From Phoronis australis (lineage: Eukaryota; Animalia; Phoronida), in NCBI GenBank assembly GCA_002633005.1, contig NMRA01000305.1, positions 1 through 64,000 on the forward strand: a DNA stretch of 64,000 nucleotides, read 5' to 3'. Of this stretch, positions 61,501-64,000 are shown one piece after another. Below the pieces are notes generated by a model that was not told the DNA's origin, did not search any database, and was given only the letters and a program-made list of their open reading frames with translations. The stretch's first letter is position 1; each line of letters opens with the position of its first letter. The position numbers and the translations under genes were made by a program.

Positions 61501-63346
61501 CAGGCTCTTCACACTGTGGTAGCCATGCTCGCTGATTGCACCAGTGGATTCTCCTGAGTTCTGATTGGCCAGTCGCGGTGACTTTGACCGGCGGCCATTC
61601 TCATGATTTTGTCTACAGAGTCAACAAAGATAAAGAATGAGCCAAGTCAAGGACTTGCAGCTAAAACTATTTTAACAACCGTACTTGACTGAGGAAAAAA
61701 TATTCCATAAGCTTAGCACAAATTTCATTTAGGGGACCACAGTGCCACAGTAATCTACCCAATGAATGCATACATTCATTTAGTATTCATGGACGACTCT
61801 CACGAATATCCCATGCTGTTGAATTGCTTTTAGCTCTCAATTTATTTGAATGGTAAAAAGAGGGGCCATTCCTCATTACAAGCATCTGGTGAGTCATCAT
61901 TGCGTTTTTATTGAAATAAAGCTAAAACTTTGCAGTATATCAGTCAGGCGGAATTATTCAGTGAAAACATTGAAACAGATATTTTTTCTTAAACTACAGT
62001 AACTTTCACCAAACTCCTTTGTTTTGATTTTATCATAGGAAGCACTAAAATAAAATGTTAAAGTATTGTTTATTGACTAAACCTCGGGGAACACTCTACA
62101 AGAGACGTATTAAACCATTTGAATTTCATTTCAAGCAAAAATAAATCCGCTTTTCATCACAAAAAACAATTCGTGATATAGACCAATTGGTCTCAAATTA
62201 TTTTAAAAATCAAATTGGAAGTGACCCAATCCAAAAGAACTGATAGTTCGTTATAGCTTGACATCAGGCGCTACATGTTGGCTCGTCACAGCGTGCAATT
62301 TATGTCGAGCACGGTCTCAAGGAACGGCCAACGATTGAGATCTTTGAAAATGAGAAATAACCTCTCTTTTGAGTAAGGAACAAATTGAGATCAATTTTAC
62401 AGCAGTAAAGTCTAAATCAAAAGTTGTTAGGATTTATCTCTGATTTTACAAAAATTTTGATTTCAACAACTTTAATCTAGGAATAGGTTTTTAATGCATA
62501 AAATACAATATACCTTCTCGGCAGAGCAGACAGCCTTTGTCGTGGTGAATACTCTGGGTTAGAGTCACGTGGGCTCGAGCTCTGATTGGACGAGAACTGG
62601 AAGTTTTGTATGCCAGGAGATAAATTTACTCCTTCCTCAGCACCAGGAGCTGAAAATGTTCACACAGAAATCCAGAAGTTGAAAAGAAAAGTCTCTCTAA
62701 TTATCATATTTATGTGGAAAGCTTCAGTAATATCAAAAACTATAAGTGTTGAATATAGCCACATGAGCCGTACCTGAGAATATGTGTAAATTTCACTACA
62801 AGAATCACTTACACAACCATTTACAACCAAACATGACTGTTTGAAATTGATTTAACTTTTTCAAATTCGGGATGGGAATATTTAGCTAATCATGAGTATT
62901 AAACTAAATGTGATGGTAATCCCCTCATTTGCAGAACAGTTGAAAGGGTAAAACTCATCGCAGACCAAAGTCTTCCAGTACAAACTGCTCATGTAGACGC
63001 AAAATGTTCTGGATAAATTTGTCACTGCAACTGCAAGACGATACCAGTCTATTCCAAATCAGATCATTTTGTTCGCGGACCAAGTTCTATTATTTAAAAA
63101 TAATAAACGCAGCCAGAACAATTCGGTCTCCCATTTCACTTGAATTTAGACGAATAACAATGTAGCGTTTGACCTACCAAGTTTGGTGTTCTCGTAAATA
63201 ACGGATGTTGTCAACTCCCTGGCTTGGGGACTGTAGTTATTGGCAATGGAGTCACTAACATGGCGGTAGTGCTTCTGCTCTTTGAAGGGCGCTGCTTGGG
63301 TCCACGAGCCTCGCTCCAGGATTTTGGGCTTCTCGCTGTATGCGGG
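58504..63346 (-). CDS. Unidentified multi-exon protein, partial (Ser/Pro/Asn-rich region followed by a short ordered segment)
   Basis: complement(join(63178-63346,62514-62649,61440-61612,[60244-60276 optional],58504-58624)). Canonical AG/GT ends, phases chain 1-2-1-(1)-2 with no stops: PAYSEKPKILERGSWTQAAPFKEQKHYRHVSDSIANNYSPQ...SPRDSNPEYSPRQR...KSLPPISKSPELNNNNINGSLQN...DAWRQYFLSFVHPFDNEYIFSVPINKTSIDLEIIDSLKEK. Confidence 0.7.
61175..61251. repeat. Perfect 77-bp palindrome (38-bp arms, 1-nt spacer)
   Basis: agtggcatttttttcatttttcaaaagctcataacatt-c-aatgttatgagcttttgaaaaatgaaaaaaatgccact. Confidence 0.95.
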
Positions 63347-64000
63347 CTGTAAGTTAAGGTAAGAGGGTTAAGATAGAGAATACATTAAGAAATAAGCAGA
63401 CGTGTATTAGGCTCTAGCCCACTCTGGTGGAATCAGATTAAAAGTCTGTGGGAATTTCAAGACATTCATGGTCATTGTTATTGATTTGAGATAAAGTAAT
63501 CACTGAATACATTCCACTAAAAAATCATGAATGGTTATTGATGAGTCTGATTAATCGTCTATGATTTGTATTTGGAGACGGCCAATGAGCAAGATTTTGC
63601 GCCATTGATCACAAAGTCACCAGGGCTCAAAATCCAATATGTACTTGGATATTTTCCATTCTACTTTTGCACAAACGTCTGCGATTTGTTTTTGGAGATT
63701 GTATCTGGAATAGAGGGGTCATCAAGTGCAAATTGCACCAGACACTCACTTGTGAAAATTATAAACTCGAGCACAGCTATCTCGAATTCATATATTGAAG
63801 ATGAATGAAATAATTTTGAGTTTAATTTCGAGTACATAGGGTCGGGTATTTAATCGTCGGCTGATGAAAGCAAGGTGGGTCAATTTTTCCCTCGAGTTTA
63901 CCAAACATAAATCATAAACTGAGATGCATAGACAAAAGAATACGGATTGGCAAGATCTTTGCAATGAGGAAAAAGGTTGAGTGAGATGTCATTTCTTTGA

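Overview
Eukaryotic (invertebrate animal, probably lophotrochozoan-like) genomic DNA with spliceosomal GT-AG introns. The supplied ORF track is mostly noise because real genes are split into short exons, which I reassembled by hand. Contents: (1) the 3' end of a protein-kinase-like CDS at 1-189; (2) an innexin with an intronless CDS (9900-11108, +); (3) a complete 11-exon matrix metalloproteinase (22206-35892, +, 554 aa: signal peptide, cysteine switch, furin site, HExxHxxGxxH, hemopexin, GPI-like tail) with a TATA/Inr promoter; (4) the 3' 15 coding exons of a class II PI3-kinase (40473-51932, -; kinase-PX-C2), convergent with the MMP; (5) four or more phase-compatible exons of an unrecognised protein (58504-63346, -) lying where the missing upstream PI3K exons would be expected; (6) many non-autonomous DNA transposons, a Tc1 transposase relic, a tRNA-derived SINE and a Helentron/DINE-like element. 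No CRISPR, rRNA or intact tRNA was seen. I cannot claim a new biological system. The best leads are the same-strand nested or chimeric exons upstream of the PI3K kinase exons, a diverged duplicate of the MMP promoter plus signal-peptide exon, a ~150-bp-periodic array of CTCF-like motifs inside an MMP intron, a DFG-to-DFA change in the PI3K, and a perfect 77-bp palindrome.
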